A stretch of DNA of 60,063 bases from Candidatus Gottesmanbacteria bacterium (GCA_016195685.1 JACPZE010000026.1:1-60063), one strand, 5' to 3'; positions 29,644 through 38,504 are shown, numbered from the stretch's first letter. Notes: a model not told the origin generated them from the letters alone. Translations and numbers: made by a program.

Positions 29644-30239
29644 AACTAATAGTAGGCTTAGGCAATCCCGGTCCCAAATTTGAGTACACAAGACATAATA
29701 TAGGTTTCATGGTAGCTGAGCGATTGGTAAAGGATAAATTCTCACTCTTACCATCACTTAAAGCTTGGAAAATGGAGAAAAGATATCCTGCGGAAGTGTG
29801 CAAAAAAGATGAACTAGTAGTTATAAAACCCCAAACCTATATGAATCTGTCGGGACTTGCGGTAAAAAGGGTTATGGATTTTTTCAAAATAAACATTGAT
29901 GACCTTTGGGTAATCCACGATGATATTGATTTGCCGATTGGGAAAATAAGGATAAGAAAAGGAGGAGCATCAGCAGGACATCATGGGATTGATTCAATTA
30001 TCAAAAATCTCAACAGAGATGACTTCGTCCGTTTCAGATTGGGAATAGGTCGAGGCAAACTTGATAAACCCCATGGTGAAGGACATAACTTACACCGTCA
30101 TGAAGTGGAAAAATTTGTAGTTTCACCATTTCGTGACAATGAAGGGGGAGAAGTGAAGAAACTGATAAAAAATGCGGTTACCGCTCTAGAAATAGCTTCG
30201 GATAAAGGAATTCATGCAGCAATGAACAGATTTAATTAG
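29640..30239 (+). CDS. pth: peptidyl-tRNA hydrolase
   Basis: LIVGLGNPG, TRHNIGF, KPQTYMNLSG, HDDIDL, GGASAGHHG. Confidence 0.96.
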   Translation: MKLIVGLGNPGPKFEYTRHNIGFMVAERLVKDKFSLLPSLKAWKMEKRYPAEVCKKDELVVIKPQTYMNLSGLAVKRVMDFFKINIDDLWVIHDDIDLPIGKIRIRKGGASAGHHGIDSIIKNLNRDDFVRFRLGIGRGKLDKPHGEGHNLHRHEVEKFVVSPFRDNEGGEVKKLIKNAVTALEIASDKGIHAAMNRFN

Positions 30240-30885
30240 GAAGATGTTTTTTTAAGGTTATAAAAGGAACAAATATTTTTTGTTTCGAAAGTACCTTTAG
30301 CATTGAAGTTAATACCACATAAGAAATAGAGATCCCTGCTGCCATAAGTGTTCTTTCGATTATTACCTGAGGAATCAAAGTAAGCCAAATTGTTTTGGAT
30401 AGTCCAAAAGCCCAAACCCACAAGGCTCCACCAACTGCATGGGCGGTAAATGTAGCCCCTAAACTTCTTGCAAAAATATTTTTATGAAAGAAATGGGCAG
30501 CAACTGGGATAAGCCAAAACATAGAAAACTGCCATGCGCTTCGGCCGATGGGATTAATGTTAAAAGCAATGATTGCAAGTATTGGGACTATAACATTGAA
30601 AGTCCGTTTTTTCGCAAAGTAAGCAACAGCAAAAAGGGTGGGGAAGAGTCTTATAATTCCTCCGATATCAAACTTGGATCCATGAACTAAGTAATTAATT
30701 CCCTGCATTAGAAATACTGAAATTACTCCGGGTAATGTACCTAAAAATGCTCCTGCAGTGGGAGCAAAGAAATCAAAAAGAGTAAATTTTACATTTGACC
30801 CAAGAAGACGGGTGAAGGGGATTTGTAAAGCAATAAGACCGAGGATAGTAAAAATGGAAACAAAAATAAGTTGTTGTTTTTTCAT
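30232..30885 (-). CDS. probable ECF-type S-component membrane protein
   Basis: About 6 TM helices in ~215 aa, with an S-component-like FTLFDFFAPTAGAFLG pattern. Start taken at MKKQQL; substrate unknown. Confidence 0.55.
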   Translation of the reverse strand: MKKQQLIFVSIFTILGLIALQIPFTRLLGSNVKFTLFDFFAPTAGAFLGTLPGVISVFLMQGINYLVHGSKFDIGGIIRLFPTLFAVAYFAKKRTFNVIVPILAIIAFNINPIGRSAWQFSMFWLIPVAAHFFHKNIFARSLGATFTAHAVGGALWVWAFGLSKTIWLTLIPQVIIERTLMAAGISISYVVLTSMLKVLSKQKIFVPFITLKKHLPN

Positions 30886-30966
30886 TTTCCCCATTTTAGC
30901 AAATACTTGCAACCTGTCAACCCCAAAATTCTATTATTGACAGCAATCGGCTATAATGCAAACGAA

Positions 30967-32289
30967 ATGATCAAAACGTTTCCAAATGCGGTCAAATTCT
31001 TGGAAAAATATATTCCCACTCCAGATAAAAAACATCCGGGAGAGTTGGGGCTGAAAAGAATGGAATATTTAATGGAATTGTTGGGTAATCCGCAGTTAAA
31101 ATATCCAACAATTCATGTAGGCGGAACATCGGGTAAAGGATCGACATCTACCTTTATTGCTTCAATGTTAGCCACCAAATATAAAGTCGGGCTGACTACT
31201 TCTCCACATTTGGTGAAGATAAATGAACGGATTAAACTGAATGGAATGGATATAACGGATACGGATTTTGTTAGATTAATTAATAAAATAAAACCACTTG
31301 TAGAAAAAATAGAGAAGAATAAATTAGGTGCGCCTAGTTATTGGGAAATCGTCACTGCAATAACATTTTTATATTTTGATCGACAAAAAGTAGATATTGC
31401 CATAATCGAAGTAGGACTAGGAGGTAAATTTGATGCGTCAAATGTGATTAAACCGGTAGTTGCAGTAATCACCAATGTGGGACTCGATCATACTGATATT
31501 CTTGGAGATACCGTTGAGAAAATTGCCAGAGAAAAAGCAGGAATTATTAAGCAGGGTATAAAAGTCGTTTCAGCCGCTAGGCAACAATCAGTAATAAAAA
31601 TTATTGAAGAAAAATGTAAGAAAGAGAAAGCAAAGTTATCTCTTCTTCACGGAGATTTTTCATATAAAGTTGAAAAGTTGACAGAGTCTGGGATTATCTT
31701 TGATTATTTCGGCAAATTGAAGCCGAAAAACTTAAAAATTTCCCTTTTAGGAGAACATCAAATCGAAAATGCCGCATTGGCGATAAGAGCAATTGAACAT
31801 TTAACATTTAACAATCAACAATTAACAATTGACAATATACGAAAAGGACTTTTGTCTGCTTATATTCCTGGGCGATTAGAGATTATTCAAAAAAAGCCGT
31901 TAGTTGTGTTAGATGGTGCGCATAATCCGGATAAAGTGAGAGCGTTGGTAGCCTCAATTAAGAAGATTTTTCCCGGAAAAAAAATTATTGCTATTATAGC
32001 CATCAAAAATGACAAAAATGCCAGAGAAATGCTCACTCAATTATTAAAGATAAGTCATAAAGTCATATTTACCAAATTCCAATTGACTGCAGATATCGGC
32101 ATTATCAACTCCTATGATCCAGAAGAGTTACTCAAGATATCTCAAACGATTGATAAAAAGAAACAGATGATGATTATTAAAAATGCCCAAAAAGCTCTTG
32201 AAAAAGTGATAAAATCTGCAAAATCAGATGATGTGATTTTAATTACAGGATCGTTATACTTAGTAGGAGAGATAAAAAGAGAGTATTAA
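30967..32289 (+). CDS. folC: folylpolyglutamate synthase / dihydrofolate synthase
   Basis: HVGGTSGKGS, TSPHL..INERI, EVGLGGKFDASN, DGAHNP, TGSLYLVG. Start moved to ATG 30967, 9 nt after TATAAT. Confidence 0.93.
   Translation: MIKTFPNAVKFLEKYIPTPDKKHPGELGLKRMEYLMELLGNPQLKYPTIHVGGTSGKGSTSTFIASMLATKYKVGLTTSPHLVKINERIKLNGMDITDTDFVRLINKIKPLVEKIEKNKLGAPSYWEIVTAITFLYFDRQKVDIAIIEVGLGGKFDASNVIKPVVAVITNVGLDHTDILGDTVEKIAREKAGIIKQGIKVVSAARQQSVIKIIEEKCKKEKAKLSLLHGDFSYKVEKLTESGIIFDYFGKLKPKNLKISLLGEHQIENAALAIRAIEHLTFNNQQLTIDNIRKGLLSAYIPGRLEIIQKKPLVVLDGAHNPDKVRALVASIKKIFPGKKIIAIIAIKNDKNAREMLTQLLKISHKVIFTKFQLTADIGIINSYDPEELLKISQTIDKKKQMMIIKNAQKALEKVIKSAKSDDVILITGSLYLVGEIKREY
31794..31835 (+). repeat. heptamer tandem array (6 degenerate t(t/c/g)aaca(a/t) units) inside folC
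   Basis: tgaacat ttaacat ttaacaa tcaacaa ttaacaa ttgacaa = 42 nt; encodes EHLTFNNQQLTIDN. Confidence 0.85.
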
Positions 32290-32305
32290 GTAATAAGTAT
32301 CAAGT

Positions 32306-32638
32306 ATGAAAAAAATAACTCAATCTTCTTCCATGCAAAAAGTAGGGGATGTCTTGGTGAAATTTAATCCTTTGGAGGATAAATACATTTCCCGTGAGTT
32401 TCAATCATATGGGTATTATCTGTCTGAGACGCTAAATGATCTAAAACATAGAGGTATCTATATGAGATTGGCCAAAACTATGCCCCGGGCTCTTTTGGAA
32501 AAAGCTTTATCCTATGTAAAGGATGCAAAAGTAACGAGAAAAGGGGCTCTTTTTATGTGGAAGTTAAAAGAACTTGGAGCATGGCCGAAAAAGGAAAAAC
32601 TTACCAAAAGAAAGCAAGTAGAAGATATACCTTTTTAA
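32306..32638 (+). CDS. hypothetical helical basic protein ending EDIPF
   Basis: 110-aa ORF in the same direction as folC; no family recognised with certainty. Confidence 0.75.
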   Translation: MKKITQSSSMQKVGDVLVKFNPLEDKYISREFQSYGYYLSETLNDLKHRGIYMRLAKTMPRALLEKALSYVKDAKVTRKGALFMWKLKELGAWPKKEKLTKRKQVEDIPF

Positions 32639-32793
32639 CTCCTCATTTACACTCTCTATCCTTATCTATTATGCTAAGGAGACGGGTCTAAATAACATAC
32701 TCATATTATTTAGATTGCGCTCCTTTGTGGCGCAAGGCAATAAGTAACATGGACTTACATTATTTACGTCAGCGCCCTAAATAGACAGGTATT

Positions 32794-33066
32794 ATGAACA
32801 AACGGGCCCATATTTTTATAAGAGGAGATGTCGTTGGAGTAGGATTCCGCTCCTGGATAGCGTCAAACGCAAAGGAATTAAAACTCACGGGCTGGGTAAA
32901 AAATGCTGACCAAAGATTGGTTGAAGCAGTTATTGAAGGGTCAGAGGAAAACGTGAAGCAAATGGTTGAGCGGTGCAATGATGGTCCTGAAGTGGCATGG
33001 GTGGAGAAAGTAGATGTGCAATGGGAAGAAGTAACAGATGAATTTGAAGGGTTTGAGGTAGAATGA
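32794..33066 (+). CDS. acyP: acylphosphatase
   Basis: GDVVGVGFR, GWVKN, VEAVIEG. Confidence 0.92.
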   Translation: MNKRAHIFIRGDVVGVGFRSWIASNAKELKLTGWVKNADQRLVEAVIEGSEENVKQMVERCNDGPEVAWVEKVDVQWEEVTDEFEGFEVE

Positions 33067-33070
33067 GAAC

Positions 33071-33124
33071 CAGCCTCGATATCGAATTATCTCGGGTCCT
33101 GTCACCCGTTGGTATCTTCGGCTG
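33071..33124. repeat. hairpin whose apex is the joined family A arms (empty-site form)
   Basis: cgggtcctgtcacccg at 33093-33108 inside a cagcc...ggctg stem. Confidence 0.7.
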
Positions 33125-33133
33125 CTTTGATAC

Positions 33134-33817
33134 TTGATACCCTATGATAAACGTGTTTACAATATAATTGTGAAGCATCAGGTTTTCATAGTCTGGTTTA
33201 TCATTTTCCTCGCTTGGGCATTTTATCGGGCCAATTTTTTCTTTCCTGAAGGAGTAGATGAATTTCTCATAAAGCCACTTATATTTGTTCTTCCCGTACT
33301 CTACGTTGTTTTAATCCGTGAAAAAAAGAAACTAGGTGATCTTGGGTTATTGCCAAAACAAAAAGATCTTTTTGTAGATCTTTATATTGGAGTAGTAATA
33401 GGAGTTTTATTTGCTCTTGAAGGTCTTTTGGTAAATTATCTGAAGTATTCAAGATTTTCTTTCTCTCCGATTATGGCGAGTAGGATCAGCGGGGGATTAG
33501 GATGGTTTTTTCTTCTGAATATGGCTACATCACTTTGGGAAGAGATTTTAGGTCGGGGTTATCTTTACCAAAGACTTTATAAATTAAGCAATAATCAGTT
33601 TGGAGCCGCTTTTACATCCAGTTTTCTGTTTCTTCTTCTTCATGTGCCGATACTTTTTACTAGACTTCATTTAACCGATACTTCTTTGATAGTTTATCCT
33701 CTTTCAATTTTAATCTTGGGGATTACAAATAGTTATATTTTTACCCTACGCAAATCATTAACACTTCCCATTCTCATCCATACCTTCTGGAATATGACTG
33801 TGGCGCTTTATTTATAA
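33134..33817 (+). CDS. CPBP (Abi/CAAX) intramembrane metalloprotease
   Basis: EEILGRG, FLLLH, HTFWN. Confidence 0.9.
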   Translation: MIPYDKRVYNIIVKHQVFIVWFIIFLAWAFYRANFFFPEGVDEFLIKPLIFVLPVLYVVLIREKKKLGDLGLLPKQKDLFVDLYIGVVIGVLFALEGLLVNYLKYSRFSFSPIMASRISGGLGWFFLLNMATSLWEEILGRGYLYQRLYKLSNNQFGAAFTSSFLFLLLHVPILFTRLHLTDTSLIVYPLSILILGITNSYIFTLRKSLTLPILIHTFWNMTVALYL

Positions 33818-33845
33818 TGTTATTCAGCGTATAATCTGAGTAAAG

Positions 33846-33899
33846 ATGAATCTGTGGACGATATTTTTAACAGGACTTCTTACAGGCGGACTGACTTAG
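33846..33899 (+). pseudogene. 5' remnant of a DsbD/TauE-cupredoxin paralog
   Basis: Encodes MNLWTIFLTGLLTGGLT*; the gene at 36176 begins MNLWTVFFTGLFTGGLT. Confidence 0.85.
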
Positions 33900-33916
33900 G
33901 CGCCAGGTGGAATCTA

Positions 33917-33954
33917 TTGACTTGAATAGAATATTGGTACTACAATATGTAGTA
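33917..33954 (+). promoter_or_regulatory. sigma70-type promoter with a BlaI/CopY-type operator
   Basis: TTGACT-18-TACAAT; palindrome TACTAC-AATAT-GTAGTA at 33938-33954 overlaps the -10 and the ATG. Confidence 0.8.
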
Positions 33955-34334
33955 TGAAAGCGAAATCTCTTGGAGAGCTTGAACAGCAGATAATGGATAT
34001 TGTATGGGAATACAAGCATTGTTCAGCACGAGATATTTTAAATAGATTAGAAACTGAAAAAAAACTTGCCTATACAACTATTGCTACTATTCTTCATCGG
34101 CTACATGGTAAAGGACTTGTTGAGAGAAAAGGAGATGGGCTAGCATATATTTATTCTCCTAAACTTACAAAAGAATCCTACAGTAAAAATCTTGCGCAGT
34201 CATTTTTAAAGAAATTCATCCACTCGTTTGGTGACGTCGCTATTGCTTCATTTGCTGCAAGTATAGATCGACTTCCTAAGGGAAAACGTGAATATTTTCT
34301 TACGCTCTTAGAAAAATATGATAAAACCAAATAA
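33954..34334 (+). CDS. BlaI/MecI/CopY-family repressor
   Basis: LGELEQQIMDIVW, LAYTTIATILHRL..KG, YIYSP; no CopY C-terminal CxC. Confidence 0.92.
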   Translation: MKAKSLGELEQQIMDIVWEYKHCSARDILNRLETEKKLAYTTIATILHRLHGKGLVERKGDGLAYIYSPKLTKESYSKNLAQSFLKKFIHSFGDVAIASFAASIDRLPKGKREYFLTLLEKYDKTK

Positions 34335-35310
34335 AAATCTACTTACATTTTTAAGTCTGGCACTTTTCTTAGGTTTAAGCGTTTTTACAGCATCACAAAG
34401 GATTTTACCTTTACTTCTAGAACATAGCGTTTATTATTGCCAAACTTTTATTCACTCTCTGTCTCTGCGTATACCCCATCAAATAGGACTTATTATTCCA
34501 ATACTACTTGCAGTATTGGTATCGGTCGCAGCAATGAAATTCTTTATCATTTATATCCAAACATATCGATTAAGAAAGAAATTGATTGCAAAATCTAAAT
34601 CACAAAAAGATTTTTCAGATCTTCTTAAAAAGTTAGGACTTGCCAATCAAGCATATCTTGTTAAAAGTGATAAACCCTTTGCTTTCTGTTTCGGGATTCG
34701 CAGACCTAAGATTTATGTATCAACAGCTACTGTTTCCCTCATGAACGAGGCAGAATTGGAAGCAATTTTACTTCATGAGAAGTATCATCTGGATAATAAA
34801 GATACTCTCACTATGTTGCTGGCCTCCATTTGTCAATCGCTTTTTCCTTTTTTCCCACTTATCTCGGATCTTTTACGAAATTTCCGAATTGAGCGAGAAA
34901 TTGCCGCAGATCAAGAAGCAATACGTAAACTTGGTGATTCAGAAGTGCTTATTTCTGTACTGAAAAAGTTTCTTACCGCGCCTTCGATTGCTATTGCTAC
35001 TGCACCAGCAATTGCTGATTTTGATACCTTAGAATTACGGATTAAGGCGCTTGTAAAACATGATTTTTATTTTAGAAAGTTTCGCATGGTTAACATAATT
35101 CTTAGTATAATTGCAGTGGTAACACTTAGTACTTTGATATTAGTGCCTGTACATGCAGTAGAACTTCATGCTGATAATCAGGATGTGATGATGGTTTGCC
35201 TACAAGGGGATGCATGTTCAGCATGGTGTAAAGACCATAACACGGTAAAACCATATTCTCAAATACAGAATGCTTCATATCCGTATACTCCTGTGGCACC
35301 TCGGATGTAA
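34318..35310 (+). CDS. M56-family (BlaR1-like) membrane metallopeptidase with a Cys-rich C-terminus
   Basis: PFAFCFG..RPKIYVS, HEKYH, EIAAD; ends CLQGDACSAWC; no penicillin-binding domain. Confidence 0.88.
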   Translation: MIKPNKNLLTFLSLALFLGLSVFTASQRILPLLLEHSVYYCQTFIHSLSLRIPHQIGLIIPILLAVLVSVAAMKFFIIYIQTYRLRKKLIAKSKSQKDFSDLLKKLGLANQAYLVKSDKPFAFCFGIRRPKIYVSTATVSLMNEAELEAILLHEKYHLDNKDTLTMLLASICQSLFPFFPLISDLLRNFRIEREIAADQEAIRKLGDSEVLISVLKKFLTAPSIAIATAPAIADFDTLELRIKALVKHDFYFRKFRMVNIILSIIAVVTLSTLILVPVHAVELHADNQDVMMVCLQGDACSAWCKDHNTVKPYSQIQNASYPYTPVAPRM

Positions 35311-35318
35311 TTTGACAC

Positions 35319-35358
35319 TTGACAAAACAAGCAAATCTCTACTACATTAAGTAGTAGA
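35319..35358 (+). promoter_or_regulatory. second promoter/operator of the same type, upstream of dsbA
   Basis: TTGACA-18-TACATT; palindrome TCTACTAC-ATTAA-GTAGTAGA at 35338-35358. Confidence 0.82.
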
Positions 35359-35395
35359 TATTATTTATTAGGGCGAAGTTAAGGAGACATTTCCT

Positions 35396-36166
35396 ATGTT
35401 AGAAGAAACAAAAAGTACAAGCAATTTCAATATGACAACTATCCTTATTGGTCTTCTTATCGTTGCTTCTTTTGTACTCGGGTCCTTGTGGACAAAAGTG
35501 CAAGTGTTAGAAAAAGGAAATGCAGCAGTTCCCAGCGCACAAGTGGGTACTGTGGGAAAAAACGCAGGTACAGGTGCAGCAGTAGCTCAACAACCTCCAC
35601 CTGCTCAGCAAGCTACTAAAAAGCCTGAACTTACAAGCGATGATCGTATACGGGGAAATAAAAATGCGAAGATTGCTCTCATTGAATATTCTGATTACGA
35701 ATGTCCATTCTGTAAACGGTTTCATCCCACTATGCAGCAAGTCATGAAAGAGTATGGCGATAAAGTGAAATGGGTCTATCGAGATTTTCCCTTAAACTTT
35801 CACCAAAATGCTCAGAAAGAAGCAGAGGGAGGTCGATGTATAAATGAACTGGGAGGCAATGATGCATTCTGGAAATACACTGATGCTATTTTTGACCGCA
35901 CCACCTCAAACGGTACAGGGTTTGCGCTTGATAAACTTGGACCACTTGCAGCTGAAGTGGGTGTAAATCAGGCAAAGTTTCAATCTTGTCTTGACTCTGG
36001 TAAATACACTAAAGCAGTACAAGATCAAGAAGCATTGGGATCATCAGAAGGCGTGACAGGTACACCGGGAACGATTATACTCACTGCCAACGGTGATACG
36101 CAGCTTATACCTGGCGCATTGCCTTTTGAGCAAGTGAAGCCAATGATTGATAAAGCATTACAATAA
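35396..36166 (+). CDS. membrane-anchored DsbA-family oxidoreductase
   Basis: N-terminal TM helix, EYSDYECPFC, YRDFPL, GVTGTP cis-Pro loop. Confidence 0.9.
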   Translation: MLEETKSTSNFNMTTILIGLLIVASFVLGSLWTKVQVLEKGNAAVPSAQVGTVGKNAGTGAAVAQQPPPAQQATKKPELTSDDRIRGNKNAKIALIEYSDYECPFCKRFHPTMQQVMKEYGDKVKWVYRDFPLNFHQNAQKEAEGGRCINELGGNDAFWKYTDAIFDRTTSNGTGFALDKLGPLAAEVGVNQAKFQSCLDSGKYTKAVQDQEALGSSEGVTGTPGTIILTANGDTQLIPGALPFEQVKPMIDKALQ

Positions 36167-36175
36167 GAAGTATCT

Positions 36176-37219
36176 ATGAATTTGTGGACAGTTTTCTTTA
36201 CAGGACTTTTTACTGGTGGTTTAACCTGTCTTGCTGTACAGGGAGGACTCTTGGCGGCAACATTAGCCCAGCGTGAAGAGCAACGACTGGAGAGTGAAAC
36301 AAAAAAAACTGGCAACGCACTTCCCATTCTTTTCTTTTTAGGAGCAAAACTCATCGCCTATACCATTTTAGGATTTCTTCTTGGAGGCTTAGGTTCAGTG
36401 TTCCAATTATCACTTACTGCATCAATAATTATGCAATTTGCAGTGATTATCTTCATGTTTGGTACAGCCGGAAATCTTCTCAACCTTCACCCAATCTTTC
36501 GCTACTTTGTGATCCAGCCTCCACGATTTTTAACTCGGTTAGTACGTGACCAGTCAAAAAGTAACGATTTTTTTGCTCCAGCCCTTCTAGGAGCGTTTAC
36601 CGTATTTATTCCCTGCGGTACAACACAAGCGATGATGGCGCTTGCCATAGCATCTGGTAAGCCAATACTTGGCGCTCTTATTCTGTTTATTTTCATTTTG
36701 GGAACTTCACCTATCTTTTTTATCTTAGGATATTTTACGACGAAACTGGGAGATGCGATGCACCAAAGATTTGTAAGGATTGCAGCATATGCAATTATCC
36801 TTATTGCTTTATTTAATTTAGATGGAGCACTCGCTCTTTCTGGAAGCCCTTTTACCTTTAAAGGGACATTTACTGACGTCTATTGCACAATCTCATGGTG
36901 TGATAATTCTATAGCATATGCAGCAAGCGGCCAAGCTGCTGGAGCTACGACTCAAGAAGCAACCATTAATATCGAATCGTCCGGATATAATCCTGCTCAA
37001 CTTGCAATAAAAGCAGGGTCTCAAGTTACTTTGAAACTCGTTAATACTGGCGGCGGTGGTTGTACATCAGCTTTCACGATACCAAGCTTAGGTATAAGAA
37101 AAATTGTTCCTATAGGCAGTTCAGATACAGTAACTTTTACAGCGCCAAATGAGCCAGGAGGAGAACTAGCATTTATGTGTAGTATGGGAATGTTTAGAGG
37201 TAAACTGAAATTGGTTTAA
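36176..37219 (+). CDS. DsbD/CcdA-like (TauE/SafE) membrane protein with a C-terminal cupredoxin domain
   Basis: TM cysteines GGLTCLAVQGG and FIPCG; C-terminal GGCT..MCSMGMFRG. Confidence 0.85.
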   Translation: MNLWTVFFTGLFTGGLTCLAVQGGLLAATLAQREEQRLESETKKTGNALPILFFLGAKLIAYTILGFLLGGLGSVFQLSLTASIIMQFAVIIFMFGTAGNLLNLHPIFRYFVIQPPRFLTRLVRDQSKSNDFFAPALLGAFTVFIPCGTTQAMMALAIASGKPILGALILFIFILGTSPIFFILGYFTTKLGDAMHQRFVRIAAYAIILIALFNLDGALALSGSPFTFKGTFTDVYCTISWCDNSIAYAASGQAAGATTQEATINIESSGYNPAQLAIKAGSQVTLKLVNTGGGGCTSAFTIPSLGIRKIVPIGSSDTVTFTAPNEPGGELAFMCSMGMFRGKLKLV

Positions 37220-37227
37220 ATGATTAT

Positions 37228-37455
37228 ATGACAACACAAAAAAAACTTCTTAAAATAAATGGTATGCACTGCACTAGTTGTGCTATGAATATAGACGGTG
37301 AGCTTGAAGATACAAAAGGAGTTATCCAGTCAAATACAAACTACGCAAAACAGGTAACAGAAGTAGAATTTGAGGTAGGTAAGATAAATCACGAGAAAAT
37401 AATAGAGATTATTGAAACTGTTGGATACGAAGCGAAACTCATAGATGAAAAATGA
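37228..37455 (+). CDS. CopZ-like heavy-metal chaperone
   Basis: GMHCTSC HMA motif. Confidence 0.9.
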   Translation: MTTQKKLLKINGMHCTSCAMNIDGELEDTKGVIQSNTNYAKQVTEVEFEVGKINHEKIIEIIETVGYEAKLIDEK

Positions 37456-38150
37456 ATGCGCAGGTGAAAAAATTACTAATTCTTACGGGATTACTCCTCG
37501 TTACTCTCGTGGTTGGTTACTTTATAATTGCCCCAGTACAAGTTCTAGAGCGCATAATTCATCCACAAGCTAGAAATAAATTTCAGACAATAGTAGATAA
37601 AATACCGACACAAGCTGGAAAAGCCTTATTTCTTCGGCAAAGCAATAACTTAACAAGAGCGGTTGATCCTGAGCTTGTTGACTTAGATAGTCAAATTATT
37701 TCATGTAACCCAGATGTGACAGGACTTTTCTCGAGTAATCCCACCATTGGTGGCAGTTGTCTTGCAGGGTCAACGACACTTCAGACAACAAAAGGCATGT
37801 ATTTAGGAGGACAGTGCTGTGGTGCTTTAACAGACACGAAAGAATATCATCAGCATTTAGAAGCACTACAAAAGTATAAAAATATTCCTGATATAGTGCT
37901 TGATCCTTATAAAACACCCATAACTCTTGCAAAAAAATGGATCGATTATGATAACCAAACTACACTCAGTGATAAAGATCAGCAAATATATAAACAAGCA
38001 CTTACAGTTTCTCATGAAGGGCCATGCTGTTGTAAATGTTGGCATTACTACGTCAATGAAGGCATTGCCAAGAAACTGATTAAGGATTATGGCTATTCTG
38101 CCCAACAAGTAGCTGATTTTTGGGATGTTTCAGATATTTGCGGGGTATAA
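37452..38150 (+). CDS. membrane-anchored Cys-rich hypothetical protein
   Basis: N-terminal TM helix; GGQCCG, HEGPCCCKCWH, terminal DICG. Confidence 0.8.
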   Translation: MNAQVKKLLILTGLLLVTLVVGYFIIAPVQVLERIIHPQARNKFQTIVDKIPTQAGKALFLRQSNNLTRAVDPELVDLDSQIISCNPDVTGLFSSNPTIGGSCLAGSTTLQTTKGMYLGGQCCGALTDTKEYHQHLEALQKYKNIPDIVLDPYKTPITLAKKWIDYDNQTTLSDKDQQIYKQALTVSHEGPCCCKCWHYYVNEGIAKKLIKDYGYSAQQVADFWDVSDICGV

Positions 38151-38214
38151 GATTTATATGTCATTATGAAGTATAACTGGATGGTTAACGAACGTTGATA
38201 CTATTGCTCGTAAG

Positions 38215-38280
38215 ACTCCGGGTCAATTGACATTTATGTGCGGGATGGGCATGTATAAAGGCAGGATACATATCATTTAA
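38215..38280 (+). pseudogene. 3' remnant of a cupredoxin-tailed gene
   Basis: Startless frame TPGQLTFMCGMGMYKGRIHII*, homologous to the end of the 36176 protein (GELAFMCSMGMFRGKLKLV*). Confidence 0.8.
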
Positions 38281-38282
38281 TT

Positions 38283-38504
38283 ATGCTCAAGAAATCTGTT
38301 TTTAAAATCAGCGGTATGCATTGCAATACTTGTTCTTTAAATATAGATTGGGAATTGGAAGAAACAGATGGGGTAAAGGAAGTAAAGACAAGCTATGCAG
38401 CTCAAAAAACAGAGTTGACATTTGACGACGACTTAATATCTTCAAAGAAAATTATAGAGATTATAAAAAAGACCGGTTACGAAGCTAATTTAATTAAAGA
38501 ATAG
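38283..38504 (+). CDS. second CopZ-like chaperone
   Basis: GMHCNTC HMA motif. Confidence 0.9.
   Translation: MLKKSVFKISGMHCNTCSLNIDWELEETDGVKEVKTSYAAQKTELTFDDDLISSKKIIEIIKKTGYEANLIKE

Noticed and set aside
30871-30966. N-terminal extensions in the ORF track for folC, serC (46927) and the S-component (30912)
   Set aside because: They overlap neighbouring genes or promoters and lack homology-like sequence; downstream ATGs fit better.
33066-33130. SRP (4.5S) RNA
   Set aside because: A long hairpin with AGCAGCC on the minus strand, but no CAGG/GGAA/AGCA domain IV arrangement. Better explained as a family A empty site.
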